Source: a virus (Duplodnaviria; Caudoviricetes). From it: a stretch of DNA of 64,000 bases. The notes beneath the pieces were generated by a model. It was not told the origin of the DNA. It did not search any database and saw only the letters and a program-made list of their open reading frames with translations. The position numbers and the translations under genes are program-made. The stretch lies in IMG/VR virus record IMGVR_UViG_3300028888_000002. The stretch is one strand, 5' to 3'. Below are positions 18,766-28,269 of the stretch, piece by piece. Within the stretch, counting starts at the first letter, position 1. Every line of letters starts with the position of its first letter.

Positions 18766-19623
18766 ATGAAACTAGGCGATGTTTACAAATCGTATGACCT
18801 TGTGCGTGAACGTGCTGCACGGGTGAAGAAAGCCACGGGGCTTGATTGGGAAATCGGTGGTGGCTCCCAGGTAAACCTTTGGGTTACGCTTAATGGCGGG
18901 GACACCCTGTCCGAACAGGCACAGGATGGTATCTGTGCGTCCCTGGTAAAAGTATTTGACAAGGCTGCTCCGAAAGGACTGACGGCTGCGTTGGCAAAAC
19001 AGGGCACTTGGGATAAGGCAAAGATTGGGGCAAGCAACAATCAAGTGTGGTGTGACTTCCCGAATAAGGTTATGAGCCAAATATCCGTGGAAGACTTTGT
19101 TGAACTTTGCGATGCTCTTATGCAGCAGGGTAGTGCTGAAATACAGAAAGTGGCGGGTAAGCCGTCCGAATCCCGTAAGCCTAATTGCTCTATGCAGAAG
19201 AAGAAAGAAAGCCTGCTCAAAAAGACCGAAACGGTTTGGGACGGGGAAGTGCTGACCTTTTCGTTTGACGGTGTGAACGTTATGGTTCACGAATGGTCCG
19301 AAGAAGGCGAGGGTCGCTACGTCCAGGAATACACTATGGACGTTCGTGGTTCGTTCAATGACCTTACGGGTGTTATCAATTTGATTGCTGACAAGGCTAT
19401 CTATGACGACGCTTACAAGAACCCCGATAATTGGACCGTCCTTGACGTTAGCAATGGTTCTGTGACGCTCTCTGCTGCAACTACGCAGGACGAAAACGGT
19501 GACAGCGACCCCGACGGAAACTTTATTGCGGACTTTACCGTAGTTGTGAACTGCACTCTTACGAAGCCTGCACACCAAACTGAAATACACAATGCGTTGT
19601 CCGACGCTAAAATTCAGCTTTAA
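18766..19623 (+). CDS. two-domain protein with ES/CSMQK linker; candidate virion-internal protein
   Basis: AGGAG RBS; linker KPSESRKPNCSMQKKKES. Confidence 0.75.
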   Translation: MKLGDVYKSYDLVRERAARVKKATGLDWEIGGGSQVNLWVTLNGGDTLSEQAQDGICASLVKVFDKAAPKGLTAALAKQGTWDKAKIGASNNQVWCDFPNKVMSQISVEDFVELCDALMQQGSAEIQKVAGKPSESRKPNCSMQKKKESLLKKTETVWDGEVLTFSFDGVNVMVHEWSEEGEGRYVQEYTMDVRGSFNDLTGVINLIADKAIYDDAYKNPDNWTVLDVSNGSVTLSAATTQDENGDSDPDGNFIADFTVVVNCTLTKPAHQTEIHNALSDAKIQL

Positions 19624-19643
19624 CGTTTAACCCAGGAATGCGT

Positions 19644-21038
19644 ATGTCTAAATTGACTATCAAGAACAACCCCGTCCAGGAAGCAACTGAACCCGCTGCC
19701 TTTGGCAAGGCTTACCAAGATTTCGTCAATCGTTGTTGGACGGACCATAAGCCTAACTATTCCGTAAACGCAATCAACTTCCTCCTGGACTGTGCCCACA
19801 TTGCCAACGGCACTAGCGTAAAGGGCTTGCCACAGCAGGGCTTCAAACTGACCAAAGCGGGCAACGTGGATATTGTTGGGGACTGCCTGCACTTGTGCTA
19901 TAACGAAGTCAATGGCAAGAAAGCTGTTGATATTTGGCTTAATCCCCATACGCAGAAAGCCCTCGTTGACCTTTACGGCTTCAACCCCGAAGACCCGTAT
20001 AATTCCACGCATAAAGAATTTTCTGCCCGTGACTACACGTCCGATGACTTCTGCGAATTTATTGAGAATTTGCCGAACTACAAGGGCGAATCCAAAACGG
20101 CTGAATCCCGTAAGTTGACTATCCGTGTTCACGAAGCCAAAGAAACCCTCCAGGACCGCTTCGGTTCGTTCCAGGATTTCCAGGATTACTGCAACGGTAA
20201 GGTCCACGATAAACTTGTGGAGCTTCTAGGCGAAGAACAGGGCGACACCTGCTTCCGTGAAATTACTCAACCCGAACTGACCTACAAGGACAAGCGGGGT
20301 CATAAACTCGTCCATAAGAACGACAACCCTACCCATCTTAATGTTCTGCAAGAATGGTGGAAGCAGAATTTTGCTGCCGACGACCTGGACGGCTGCTGCG
20401 ATTCTCTTGCCGATGGCTATGCACAGGACCCGAAACCTATTCGTATCGTTACTCCCCGCAGGGGCAAGGACGTTACGGACAAATGGAAACTCCAACGTGA
20501 ATCCAAAAAGTCCGAAGCTGCCGACGAACAGGTGGAACACGGTGAGGAATGCCACTTGTTCATTGAAGACGACCCGAACTACCAGGTATCGTTCCGCAGC
20601 GATAACGGTCACGTTTACACGTTCTACGTGCGAGCCGACGACCCGCAGGACGCTCTTGACAGGGCATATCACGAATTTGGCGTGAACTACAATATGTCTA
20701 TCAAGGGCGAAGCCCACAGTGAAAGTGACATTCCGCAGGGCGAGGAAGCAGTTGAAGTGGGAACAAAGTATGCCCCGAAGGTGAACGTCGCTGTTGACCC
20801 GTGGGACGGCAAGGGCGTTCGTGTCCTTTATATCCCCGAAATCTATTTGTCCTATATCGTAAACGGGGACCCTAGCGGTATGGAAGAAGAAGACATAGCC
20901 GACTGCGACAAGTTCGTGGACCGCTATGTTAAGAAGGGATATGATATGGCTTCTGTGTTCCCCGTATGCGGACCGCAGGGCGAATGGTGGGACCAAAACG
21001 TTCAAGGCGACGTGCTTTGTTCCACTACGGTTGACTAA
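19644..21038 (+). CDS. multi-domain acidic protein with KLTI..(H)E / ES linkers; candidate virion-internal protein
   Basis: MSKLTIKNNPVQEA, ESRKLTIRVHEA, RESKKSEA. Confidence 0.8.
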   Translation: MSKLTIKNNPVQEATEPAAFGKAYQDFVNRCWTDHKPNYSVNAINFLLDCAHIANGTSVKGLPQQGFKLTKAGNVDIVGDCLHLCYNEVNGKKAVDIWLNPHTQKALVDLYGFNPEDPYNSTHKEFSARDYTSDDFCEFIENLPNYKGESKTAESRKLTIRVHEAKETLQDRFGSFQDFQDYCNGKVHDKLVELLGEEQGDTCFREITQPELTYKDKRGHKLVHKNDNPTHLNVLQEWWKQNFAADDLDGCCDSLADGYAQDPKPIRIVTPRRGKDVTDKWKLQRESKKSEAADEQVEHGEECHLFIEDDPNYQVSFRSDNGHVYTFYVRADDPQDALDRAYHEFGVNYNMSIKGEAHSESDIPQGEEAVEVGTKYAPKVNVAVDPWDGKGVRVLYIPEIYLSYIVNGDPSGMEEEDIADCDKFVDRYVKKGYDMASVFPVCGPQGEWWDQNVQGDVLCSTTVD

Positions 21039-21061
21039 TAATCCTTGTAACCTATATCCTC

Positions 21062-21087
21062 AAGCCCCGACCACCCGTCGGGGCTTT
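21062..21087 (+). terminator. intrinsic terminator
   Basis: AAGCCCCGAC-CACCC-GTCGGGGCTTT. Confidence 0.8.
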
Positions 21088-21118
21088 GTCATACATACAA
21101 AAATTTTCAAAATACCTA

Positions 21119-21147
21119 TTGACAAGAGCCAGGTAATTTGTTATATT
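21119..21147 (+). promoter_or_regulatory. class 1 promoter
   Basis: TTGACA-17-TATATT, CGAGGATA RBS. Confidence 0.9.
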
Positions 21148-21182
21148 TGTCATAGACAACCACAACAGGCGAGGATAACTCA

Positions 21183-21728
21183 ATGAAATTTACGAAGACC
21201 GCATTCCGTTCCGCTTTCAAGGCGAACAACCAAACCCTTATTTGGAAACTTGCCTTTCTCAAATTGGGTCACACCCCCACGAAGTCCGAAGTGTATGAAC
21301 TCATTATGGACGTGGTGAACCCGATACTGAAAAAGGGTATCGCCTGGGCTATCGCCTATACGTCCTACCGCAAGACCCGCATTAACGGGTTCAACACTAT
21401 CGCCTGGAACAACCGTGGTGCCTACCGTCAGTATGACGTTCACTACTACCGTGCAAAAGCCCTGGAAATGCTCCGCAGGCTCCACACCGAACCGCTCACC
21501 TCCCATACGAAGATTGCCAACTTCGGGCATACGCAGCTTTATTTCTGCTCCCCGACATACGGTCACGCAGATTACAATAAGGTATGCACCTGCCCGCTCA
21601 ACGGTCCCCTGGCTACCGACAAGGACGGGAATCGCTACGACCCGCAGGCTGCGTGGTGCGGTAAGGTCCTTGACCTGTCTAACCGTATCTACAACAAGAA
21701 AAGGGCTGCTTGCAGCAGTGCCGTCTAG
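21183..21728 (+). CDS. hypothetical basic protein
   Basis: First gene after promoter. Confidence 0.8.
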   Translation: MKFTKTAFRSAFKANNQTLIWKLAFLKLGHTPTKSEVYELIMDVVNPILKKGIAWAIAYTSYRKTRINGFNTIAWNNRGAYRQYDVHYYRAKALEMLRRLHTEPLTSHTKIANFGHTQLYFCSPTYGHADYNKVCTCPLNGPLATDKDGNRYDPQAAWCGKVLDLSNRIYNKKRAACSSAV

Positions 21729-21742
21729 TAAAGGAATACCCT

Positions 21743-22090
21743 ATGTGCAAATTCTGTGAAAACACGTCCGTCTTCATTGTGGACCCGTCCTACTTTGACG
21801 ACCTGGAAGACAACCCGAACCAACGCCCCGACGAAAAGCAGCAGATTACGGGATGCTACCCGCTCATAAAGGACGGGGACCCTGGACCGCTGTTCAATCC
21901 CCCGCTAGGGACAATGCTCCGTCGTATGGGCAGCAGCGACGAAGACGGCAGACCCCTGGAAGAAGAGGACCGTGTTGTTTGGTTGGACGGCAACAAACTC
22001 TATGCAGAAACTAGCCGTCGTGAGTATGGCGAACGCTGCGTTGAAATCAAGTTTTGCCCTATGTGTGGCAAGGAACTCAAGAAGGTATGA
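21743..22090 (+). CDS. MCKxC...FCPMCG zinc-ribbon family protein
   Basis: AAGGA RBS; one of six family members in the window. Confidence 0.8.
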   Translation: MCKFCENTSVFIVDPSYFDDLEDNPNQRPDEKQQITGCYPLIKDGDPGPLFNPPLGTMLRRMGSSDEDGRPLEEEDRVVWLDGNKLYAETSRREYGERCVEIKFCPMCGKELKKV

Positions 22091-22093
22091 CCT

Positions 22094-22354
22094 ATGACCG
22101 ATAAATTTCAAAGAGTATCTACACTTAAAGAAGCGAAAGCCCTGGGTTGCTTAATTCAAAGATTCTACCTGGACCGCAAGCCCGACAAGAAGGGTCGTCT
22201 GCGTTACGTGTATCACTTCTGCACTGAAAAAGGAACACTCCTGGGAATATCAAAAATCGTCACGCAGAAAGCCTCGTCACTTATTTGGCGTAACGACCGT
22301 GCATACTATCTAGGGACCGACGGGAAGCTGCACGGGATTGTCCGTAGCCGTTAA
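22094..22354 (+). CDS. hypothetical protein
   Basis: Tiled ORF. Confidence 0.65.
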   Translation: MTDKFQRVSTLKEAKALGCLIQRFYLDRKPDKKGRLRYVYHFCTEKGTLLGISKIVTQKASSLIWRNDRAYYLGTDGKLHGIVRSR

Positions 22355-22406
22355 AACCAGGTTCTTTTCGCAGCCCCTTATATTCACACTTATTCACAAG
22401 GTTACT

Positions 22407-22841
22407 ATGAAACTCACTACAAAGAAATTCTCAAAGGAAACGATTAAGAAATACACCGTCCAAAGCAAGTTACCGCTGTCAAGCCTACAGACTTTGGAAT
22501 GGAACCCGAACCTTAACAAGACGCAGCGTAAGGCTGTCGTGAAAGAAGTCAAGCGTTTGTTGGCAGGCTCCGTCGTGTATTTTAGCGAAGCCCTGCTCCC
22601 CGACAAGACCACAGGCGTTGCCTACCTTACGCCCTTTAACGTATTTTGGCAGGGTAACAGCCTGTGCGTTTCGGGTGAGTTTATCTTTATCCATAAGGAC
22701 AAAGCTGTGCTGTCCATATTCAAGACCTGCGAAACTAACTATGTCATTCCCGAAATCGTGGTCCACACGGTTACTTACCAGGACTTCACCGATATGCTAG
22801 GGAAGCGTTACAAGCAACTCACACCGAAGGCAAAGTTCTAA
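22407..22841 (+). CDS. hypothetical protein
   Basis: AAGG RBS before ATG 22407. Confidence 0.7.
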   Translation: MKLTTKKFSKETIKKYTVQSKLPLSSLQTLEWNPNLNKTQRKAVVKEVKRLLAGSVVYFSEALLPDKTTGVAYLTPFNVFWQGNSLCVSGEFIFIHKDKAVLSIFKTCETNYVIPEIVVHTVTYQDFTDMLGKRYKQLTPKAKF

Positions 22842-23584
22842 TGGCTAAACGCACCTGGACCGACGAAGAAATTGCCCTGCTCGCACAGCACAAGGTCCCG
22901 CAGGGACGTTCCCTTAAAGCTGCCCGCATTAAGGCGTGGGAGCTGCATATACCGTTCCGTCCGAACGACCCCAACGCAGAACCTACGGTCCCGCCACGGA
23001 ACCCGATACAGGTCCCGACCTGGACCGACGACGACCTGGCTATGCTTCAAGAAAAGGTGCTGCCCCCGAACAGAACCTTGAGTGCTGCATACAGCAAGGC
23101 TAACCGTATGCACGTCCCGTTCAACCGAATCCGAAAGCAGAAGACCCCGCAGAAAGAACGTCTGCTTCTAAAAGGAAAACCCCCTATGCCGAAAGACCCA
23201 ACACGCACTTTTGTAATCAAGTATTACGACGTAACCCGACACGCATTTTGTTACCTGTCCCGAATGTGGTCGCCCGAATGCCCCGACGACCACGCTTCCG
23301 AATATGACCGCAGACCCGAACAGGCTTGCAGGTTCACGTCCGAAGAAGCCCAACACGCTCACGATATACTGCGACAGGAACTTTGCGACAGGAACAGGGC
23401 AACGGACGAAGAACACTTCAATTCCCGTCGCCAATTCTTCTGCAAACTCTATATTGAAGACATTGGTCCAATGGAAGTCCTGGAAGGCGAATCCCAGGCA
23501 TTCTTGGAATGGGTCAAGCGACACCACTCCGAAACGCTCAATAGCCTGCTAACAGATTACCTGCGGTGGAAACAATCCAACTGA
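22841..23584 (+). CDS. protein with two Myb/SANT-like WTxEE repeats fused to a second domain
   Basis: WTDEEIALL...GRSLKAARIKA and WTDDDLAML...NRTLSAAYSKA. Confidence 0.7.
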   Translation: MAKRTWTDEEIALLAQHKVPQGRSLKAARIKAWELHIPFRPNDPNAEPTVPPRNPIQVPTWTDDDLAMLQEKVLPPNRTLSAAYSKANRMHVPFNRIRKQKTPQKERLLLKGKPPMPKDPTRTFVIKYYDVTRHAFCYLSRMWSPECPDDHASEYDRRPEQACRFTSEEAQHAHDILRQELCDRNRATDEEHFNSRRQFFCKLYIEDIGPMEVLEGESQAFLEWVKRHHSETLNSLLTDYLRWKQSN

Positions 23585-23606
23585 CACCCACAAAAGGAAA
23601 CTACCT

Positions 23607-23813
23607 ATGTGCGAATTTTGCAAGCCGACTGAAAAGATAAACCAAAAGCCCATAATCACAATAGCGGATGCAGCCGAACAGGAACCGTGTTGCAGTCGCT
23701 ACGGGTATATCGTCACGAACGAAGGTCTGCTGTTCGTTCTTCACGGGGAACACGTAATGTCGGTATTACCCGCCAAGTTCTGCCCAATGTGCGGGGAAAA
23801 ACTAGGGGTGTGA
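23607..23813 (+). CDS. MCxxC...FCPMCG zinc-ribbon family protein
   Basis: AAAGGA RBS; motif. Confidence 0.8.
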   Translation: MCEFCKPTEKINQKPIITIADAAEQEPCCSRYGYIVTNEGLLFVLHGEHVMSVLPAKFCPMCGEKLGV

Positions 23814-23838
23814 TAAAATCCAAAGAAGGAAACAAACT

Positions 23839-24210
23839 ATGAGCGAAAACCATTGGAAATCCTTTAATCAATCCCTGCCCGAAGACGGAATACCTATTCG
23901 GGTAAAGGAATCTCCCGCCAAAACGCCTATCCTTATGATACGGCACGGGAAAACCCTAAAATACCAAGTCCAACCCAACGACCCCTGGCAGGGCGTGGGC
24001 GTGTTCACGGAATATGTCTTCTCGCACTGTGTATGGTGCTACGACTCCCAATACACGCCCGAACCCCTACGGGACAACAACCCGCCCATATTCCCGCAGG
24101 AACACTTCCTAAAATGGGTCACAATCCACCGTCCGCAGACGTATAACGAACTGCTCCGTGAATACCACGACTTCTGCAAGGACAACCCCAAAAAGGCTGA
24201 CACGTTATAA
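23839..24210 (+). CDS. hypothetical protein
   Basis: RBS; N-terminus similar to 36608-36847, C-terminus similar to the end of 22841-23584. Confidence 0.75.
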   Translation: MSENHWKSFNQSLPEDGIPIRVKESPAKTPILMIRHGKTLKYQVQPNDPWQGVGVFTEYVFSHCVWCYDSQYTPEPLRDNNPPIFPQEHFLKWVTIHRPQTYNELLREYHDFCKDNPKKADTL

Positions 24211-24226
24211 AAGGAAACACACACTT

Positions 24227-24643
24227 ATGATTTGTGAAAGTATCTGCACCCCGTCAAACATTAACAAGGTCCTTGTCTGTGGCTCCCGCTCAATCACGGA
24301 CACGCCCTGGGTCTATTCCCAAATTGAGAAATATACCCAGGAACTAATCCGCTCAAACCCGACGAACCTTAACAACCCTGTCCTTATAGAAGGCGAAGCC
24401 CGTGGGGTGGACTCCATAGCGAAGGATTATGCCCTGGAGCATAATTGGTCCGTTGAACCCTATCCCGCAGAATGGGACAAATACGGGAAATCCGCAGGAT
24501 ATATCCGAAACGACACTATGGTGAAAGAAGCCGACTTCGTGCTTGTCCTGTGGGACGGTCAGTCCCGTGGGACCAAACACGACATTGACCTGTGCCGTCG
24601 CTACAACAAACCTTACGTCCTGGTAATCTACAAACGCAAGTAA
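24227..24643 (+). CDS. SLOG-superfamily (DUF2493/YspA-like) protein
   Basis: VLVCGSR, EGEARGVD, AEWDKYGKSAGYIRN, WDGQSRGT motifs. Confidence 0.85.
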   Translation: MICESICTPSNINKVLVCGSRSITDTPWVYSQIEKYTQELIRSNPTNLNNPVLIEGEARGVDSIAKDYALEHNWSVEPYPAEWDKYGKSAGYIRNDTMVKEADFVLVLWDGQSRGTKHDIDLCRRYNKPYVLVIYKRK

Positions 24644-24658
24644 AGGAACAACACACCT

Positions 24659-24883
24659 ATGAAATGCAATCCAAGTAAAATCCCGTTTCTTCAACCTGTT
24701 TACAGGTCGCATCATTGTCCTAATGGAAATCACAACTACTATGTTATACACTTTTACTACGCCCCCGTAAAACATCTAATCAAGTATGTCAAATGCCTAG
24801 ACTGTGGGTTCCATATGCCATATTCTAGCTTTGAAAGAACGCTTGGAAAGAATATGCCCTACCGTCTGTCCACAGCCTTATAA
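24659..24883 (+). CDS. small Cys/His protein (AT-richer than neighbours)
   Basis: AAAGGA RBS; CPNGNH...CLDC. Confidence 0.65.
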   Translation: MKCNPSKIPFLQPVYRSHHCPNGNHNYYVIHFYYAPVKHLIKYVKCLDCGFHMPYSSFERTLGKNMPYRLSTAL

Positions 24884-24913
24884 CTTGCACTCCAAAAGGA
24901 AACACACACACCT

Positions 24914-25300
24914 ATGAACGAAAAGACCAAACAATCCCTGGACACAGCCAAAGCCGAAAACGGCTCTCTCATTTCCAAAAAGGACTTCGTGGAAGTAATC
25001 AAGGACGTGTTCTCGCCCAAAGACCCGCTCCCGAAATCCGAACCCGCCCCCGAAGAATTTGACAACCCTTACCTCGGCTACGAAATCCGACAGGATGCCC
25101 GAAAGCGTTTTGACGCTAACCCGTTTAGGGTCCTGCTCCAATGGTTCGGTGCCGACGAAGAAAACGGCTACGTCGTCCTGTTCAACCACCTGTTCGGGAA
25201 CGGTGGCACCGCAAAGGACTTGAAAGACATTCTCAAGAAAGTCCACAAGGAACAGGAATACTTCCTGGTGGGCTTACCCGACGGCACCCCGCAATTCTAA
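24914..25300 (+). CDS. hypothetical protein
   Basis: AAAGGA RBS. Confidence 0.75.
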   Translation: MNEKTKQSLDTAKAENGSLISKKDFVEVIKDVFSPKDPLPKSEPAPEEFDNPYLGYEIRQDARKRFDANPFRVLLQWFGADEENGYVVLFNHLFGNGGTAKDLKDILKKVHKEQEYFLVGLPDGTPQF

Positions 25301-25318
25301 AAAGGACAACCCCCGCCT

Positions 25319-25609
25319 ATGCCCCTGTTTATTTCCAAGCAAGCCGAACGGGACTACTACACGCTCTGTCGCACGATGGACCTGGCACAGTTCAAGAACG
25401 ACCGCCCCCTTATTGATTGGTGCGAGCGGTTCCTCGCACTGTTCCGTCCCGTCCGTGAAATCCGAACATCCCTGCTGCTCCCGCACCACCGCAAATTGGA
25501 CTTTGAAGACCTAATCCCGAAACAGCCCCCGCTAATCACGAACGCTGCGTGGCTGCTCCCCGAAGACTTCAAGAAAAAGTATTGGAAGACCTACCCAACC
25601 AAACGCTAG
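25319..25609 (+). CDS. hypothetical protein
   Basis: AAAGGA RBS. Confidence 0.7.
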   Translation: MPLFISKQAERDYYTLCRTMDLAQFKNDRPLIDWCERFLALFRPVREIRTSLLLPHHRKLDFEDLIPKQPPLITNAAWLLPEDFKKKYWKTYPTKR

Positions 25610-25639
25610 TAATTGCCCAATAAAGGAAACAAATTACCT

Positions 25640-25975
25640 ATGAAACTATTTTACAGTATGACTAGAGGTCCCTTTCTTATGGTATCTTCTTTTGTTGCAA
25701 AAAGTAATAACGAAGACGTTGCTCTTAAAGAGTTATTAGACGCAGTTCCCAAGATGCCCAAAGTGGAATGCACAGATAACTGTATTCACCGTGTCGTTGC
25801 ACATAGCAACAACAATGACGAAAAACCTAGCGATGCCGAATTAAAATGGCTTATGGTCGTTTCTCCACGTTGGGATGTTGAATGGGTTGATACCGCAATT
25901 TATTATCACTTATACGGGCGTGTCCGTAGGATTAAAACTAGCGAGGGTCTGTATGAATGGAAATTAGGCGACTAG
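25640..25975 (+). CDS. hypothetical protein in a repeat-flanked, AT-richer cassette
   Basis: AAAGGA RBS; flanking direct repeats. Confidence 0.7.
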   Translation: MKLFYSMTRGPFLMVSSFVAKSNNEDVALKELLDAVPKMPKVECTDNCIHRVVAHSNNNDEKPSDAELKWLMVVSPRWDVEWVDTAIYYHLYGRVRRIKTSEGLYEWKLGD

Positions 25976-26063
25976 AGCCTATGCTTTAACAATCACAGAA
26001 TCTACTAAATCAAGGAAACAAATTACCTATGACCGACACAGCCAAACGCTAGAGGAACCCCCT

Positions 26064-26309
26064 ATGTCACCCGAAACCGCAATCCCCTTAATCGCTATCG
26101 TCTGCGTAATCCTGGCGTTCGCCCTATACAGCCGTGAGCTGCACAGGCAAATCGCCCGCCAAAAATACATACGCTGCATTTACAGGTTCAAGGTCTATGC
26201 ACTGCTCACGTCCCTGCGTGACGACGTGTATTCAAAGACCTACTCCCGCTATTGCAGGCGTATGGAAAAATGGCTCTCGCTCGCCAAACAATACCGCTCC
26301 AAAATGTAA
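26064..26309 (+). CDS. small membrane-anchored protein
   Basis: GAGGA RBS; N-terminal TM. Confidence 0.7.
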   Translation: MSPETAIPLIAIVCVILAFALYSRELHRQIARQKYIRCIYRFKVYALLTSLRDDVYSKTYSRYCRRMEKWLSLAKQYRSKM

Positions 26310-26368
26310 CCGAAAGGGCGTTTCCGTCCCGCAACCCCTAACACCCGTAAAAATTTTATGAATACCTG

Positions 26369-26397
26369 TTGACAATACGCAGGTATTTTCTTATATT
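26369..26397 (+). promoter_or_regulatory. class 1 promoter
   Basis: TTGACA-17-TATATT; AATACCTG/CAGGTATT inverted repeat. Confidence 0.9.
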
Positions 26398-26434
26398 ATG
26401 CCCAGGAACACAGCCACAGCCGAGGAAACACCCT

Positions 26435-26635
26435 ATGAAAACACCGTATTGGCAAATTACCGTTGACACCCCACGCTACGGACACTCTAACAGCGTCCTT
26501 GAACACGACCCCGACAAGGCGAAGGCTGCTTTCTTTGAGCAGGCGAAGTCCCTAATCGCAGGACAGACCGCCTACCTATACAGTGTGGACGAATGCGGTT
26601 TCGTCCGTCCCGAATACACCGTCACCCGAAAATAA
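26435..26635 (+). CDS. hypothetical protein
   Basis: CCGAGGA RBS before ATG 26435. Confidence 0.7.
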   Translation: MKTPYWQITVDTPRYGHSNSVLEHDPDKAKAAFFEQAKSLIAGQTAYLYSVDECGFVRPEYTVTRK

Positions 26636-26687
26636 CCTATATTTACTACCGTATATTCCCCAACTATTTCCAAAGAGGAAACACCCT

Positions 26688-27074
26688 ATGCCCTACAAAT
26701 TCAAAATCAAGACCCACGAAGCCCGATACAACAGCGATGCCGACCTGTTTGACCAACTCTACGCCCAAAGCCAGGAACTCCGCAAATGGCGTAAAGGCGA
26801 ACTCCCGTTCAAGAAAGCCACGGGTGCCATTATCAAGGCTCTCTCACGTCGCATCGGTCCCCGAACCGCACACACCGCTTTCAAGAGCCGTGGCGTGAAA
26901 GACAGCTACGACTACCTTATGGCTAACTGTATGGCTGAATACGCTGCCGTCGCCTGCCTGGACAAAGGCGAAGACTTCATCAAGTCTTTCCTGGACGACA
27001 AGTCCCAAACACTCCCGAACGACGTGTGGGACAAGGCTGCAAAGCAGTGGATTGACGACGCAAAGGACCTGTAA
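26688..27074 (+). CDS. protein with N-terminal KFKIKTHE motif; candidate virion-internal protein
   Basis: GAGGA RBS; class 2 motif upstream. Confidence 0.75.
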   Translation: MPYKFKIKTHEARYNSDADLFDQLYAQSQELRKWRKGELPFKKATGAIIKALSRRIGPRTAHTAFKSRGVKDSYDYLMANCMAEYAAVACLDKGEDFIKSFLDDKSQTLPNDVWDKAAKQWIDDAKDL

Positions 27075-27103
27075 TACATTCAACACAAAAGGAACCCAAA
27101 CCT

Positions 27104-27565
27104 ATGTCTAGCAAACTCAAAATCAAACTCCACGAAGATAACGGGTCCTACACGCATAACGTCTTCACCATCTTTTCCGTGAGCGTGGACGTTCACCAGG
27201 CTTACCCCGACAAGGGCGAAAGTCCGAAGGCTTCCAACGGTCGCCACTTCAAGGAACTCGTTGACAAGCAATACGACAGCATTTCACAAGCCATTACTGC
27301 CGTGGATTCTACGCATATCTTCGCCCGCCCCGATTGGACCGCCACAGAATACCGCTTCGGCATTCTTCGCCTGGAAGCCGTAGTCCTCGTCGGGAAGCGT
27401 AACGAACCCGTCTATGGCGAAGACGTGGAAGCCTGGAAGCGTGGCGAAAAAACCCTGTGGAACGCCCATTACAAAGTGGGTATTCGCTGCGAACAGTCCA
27501 CGACGCTGCCCGATGCCGAACTCACGTCCGAACTTGACGATATGGCTATTGAACACAGCTTCTAA
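27104..27565 (+). CDS. protein with N-terminal KLKIKLHE motif; paralog of 12715-13143
   Basis: AAAGGA RBS; motif. Confidence 0.75.
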   Translation: MSSKLKIKLHEDNGSYTHNVFTIFSVSVDVHQAYPDKGESPKASNGRHFKELVDKQYDSISQAITAVDSTHIFARPDWTATEYRFGILRLEAVVLVGKRNEPVYGEDVEAWKRGEKTLWNAHYKVGIRCEQSTTLPDAELTSELDDMAIEHSF

Positions 27566-27591
27566 TCCCCCATATACAGCAGTCATTACCC

Positions 27592-27624
27592 GAAGCCCCC
27601 GCCACAAGTCCAGGCAGGGGCTTC
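27592..27624 (+). terminator. terminator-like hairpin (AAGCCCC family)
   Basis: GAAGCCCC...GGGGCTTC; similar copy at 28360-28390. Confidence 0.65.
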
Positions 27625-27664
27625 TGTCATACAACCCCCGAACAAAAAACTTTGCAGGCTGCTA

Positions 27665-27693
27665 TTGACAATTACTAGATAATTTGTTATATT
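27665..27693 (+). promoter_or_regulatory. class 1 promoter
   Basis: TTGACA-17-TATATT, CCGAGGATA RBS. Confidence 0.9.
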
Positions 27694-27731
27694 ACAGGTA
27701 TCAACCACCCCATAAACCGAGGATATACCCT

Positions 27732-28031
27732 ATGAAACAAAACCCCGTTGACACCCGCATTCTGCACGAAAAGGCACTGAAAACCGCTAGTGCCCTCAAA
27801 TACGTCGTAGTCCCCCTGGCGGGCAACACCCCACGCCCCGCCACTTTCATTCAACCCACCGACGACGCTGCCGACATAGCATTCGGACCCACACCCTGCG
27901 TCTATACCCTGCCGACCGCCTGCGAACTCGTCCGAAACTTGAAAGCGTCTAGGGGGTTGAACTGCTCTTACATTACGGAAGTGCAGTTCCACGAACTCGC
28001 CTTGAAATCCCTCGCCACATACACGGAGTAA
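27732..28031 (+). CDS. hypothetical protein
   Basis: First gene after promoter. Confidence 0.7.
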   Translation: MKQNPVDTRILHEKALKTASALKYVVVPLAGNTPRPATFIQPTDDAADIAFGPTPCVYTLPTACELVRNLKASRGLNCSYITEVQFHELALKSLATYTE

Positions 28032-28038
28032 ACCTAAA

Positions 28039-28269
28039 ATGACACAATCCACGCTCCCCGCCACTTTCCGAACACAGACAATCACCCTTATCCCCATAGA
28101 ATACTTCCACGTCCGCTGCGACGGGCGTTACCTCGTCCTGTTCAACGGCTACATACACGAAGCCCGTTACACCCATTCCGAAACAGCGTTCCGTCTGCTC
28201 AAGGACCCCGACAGCCCTATACCGCCCTACAAGATTACAGCCTACGCTTTCCTGGGAACAGACACCTAA
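28039..28269 (+). CDS. hypothetical protein
   Basis: GGAG RBS. Confidence 0.65.
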   Translation: MTQSTLPATFRTQTITLIPIEYFHVRCDGRYLVLFNGYIHEARYTHSETAFRLLKDPDSPIPPYKITAYAFLGTDT

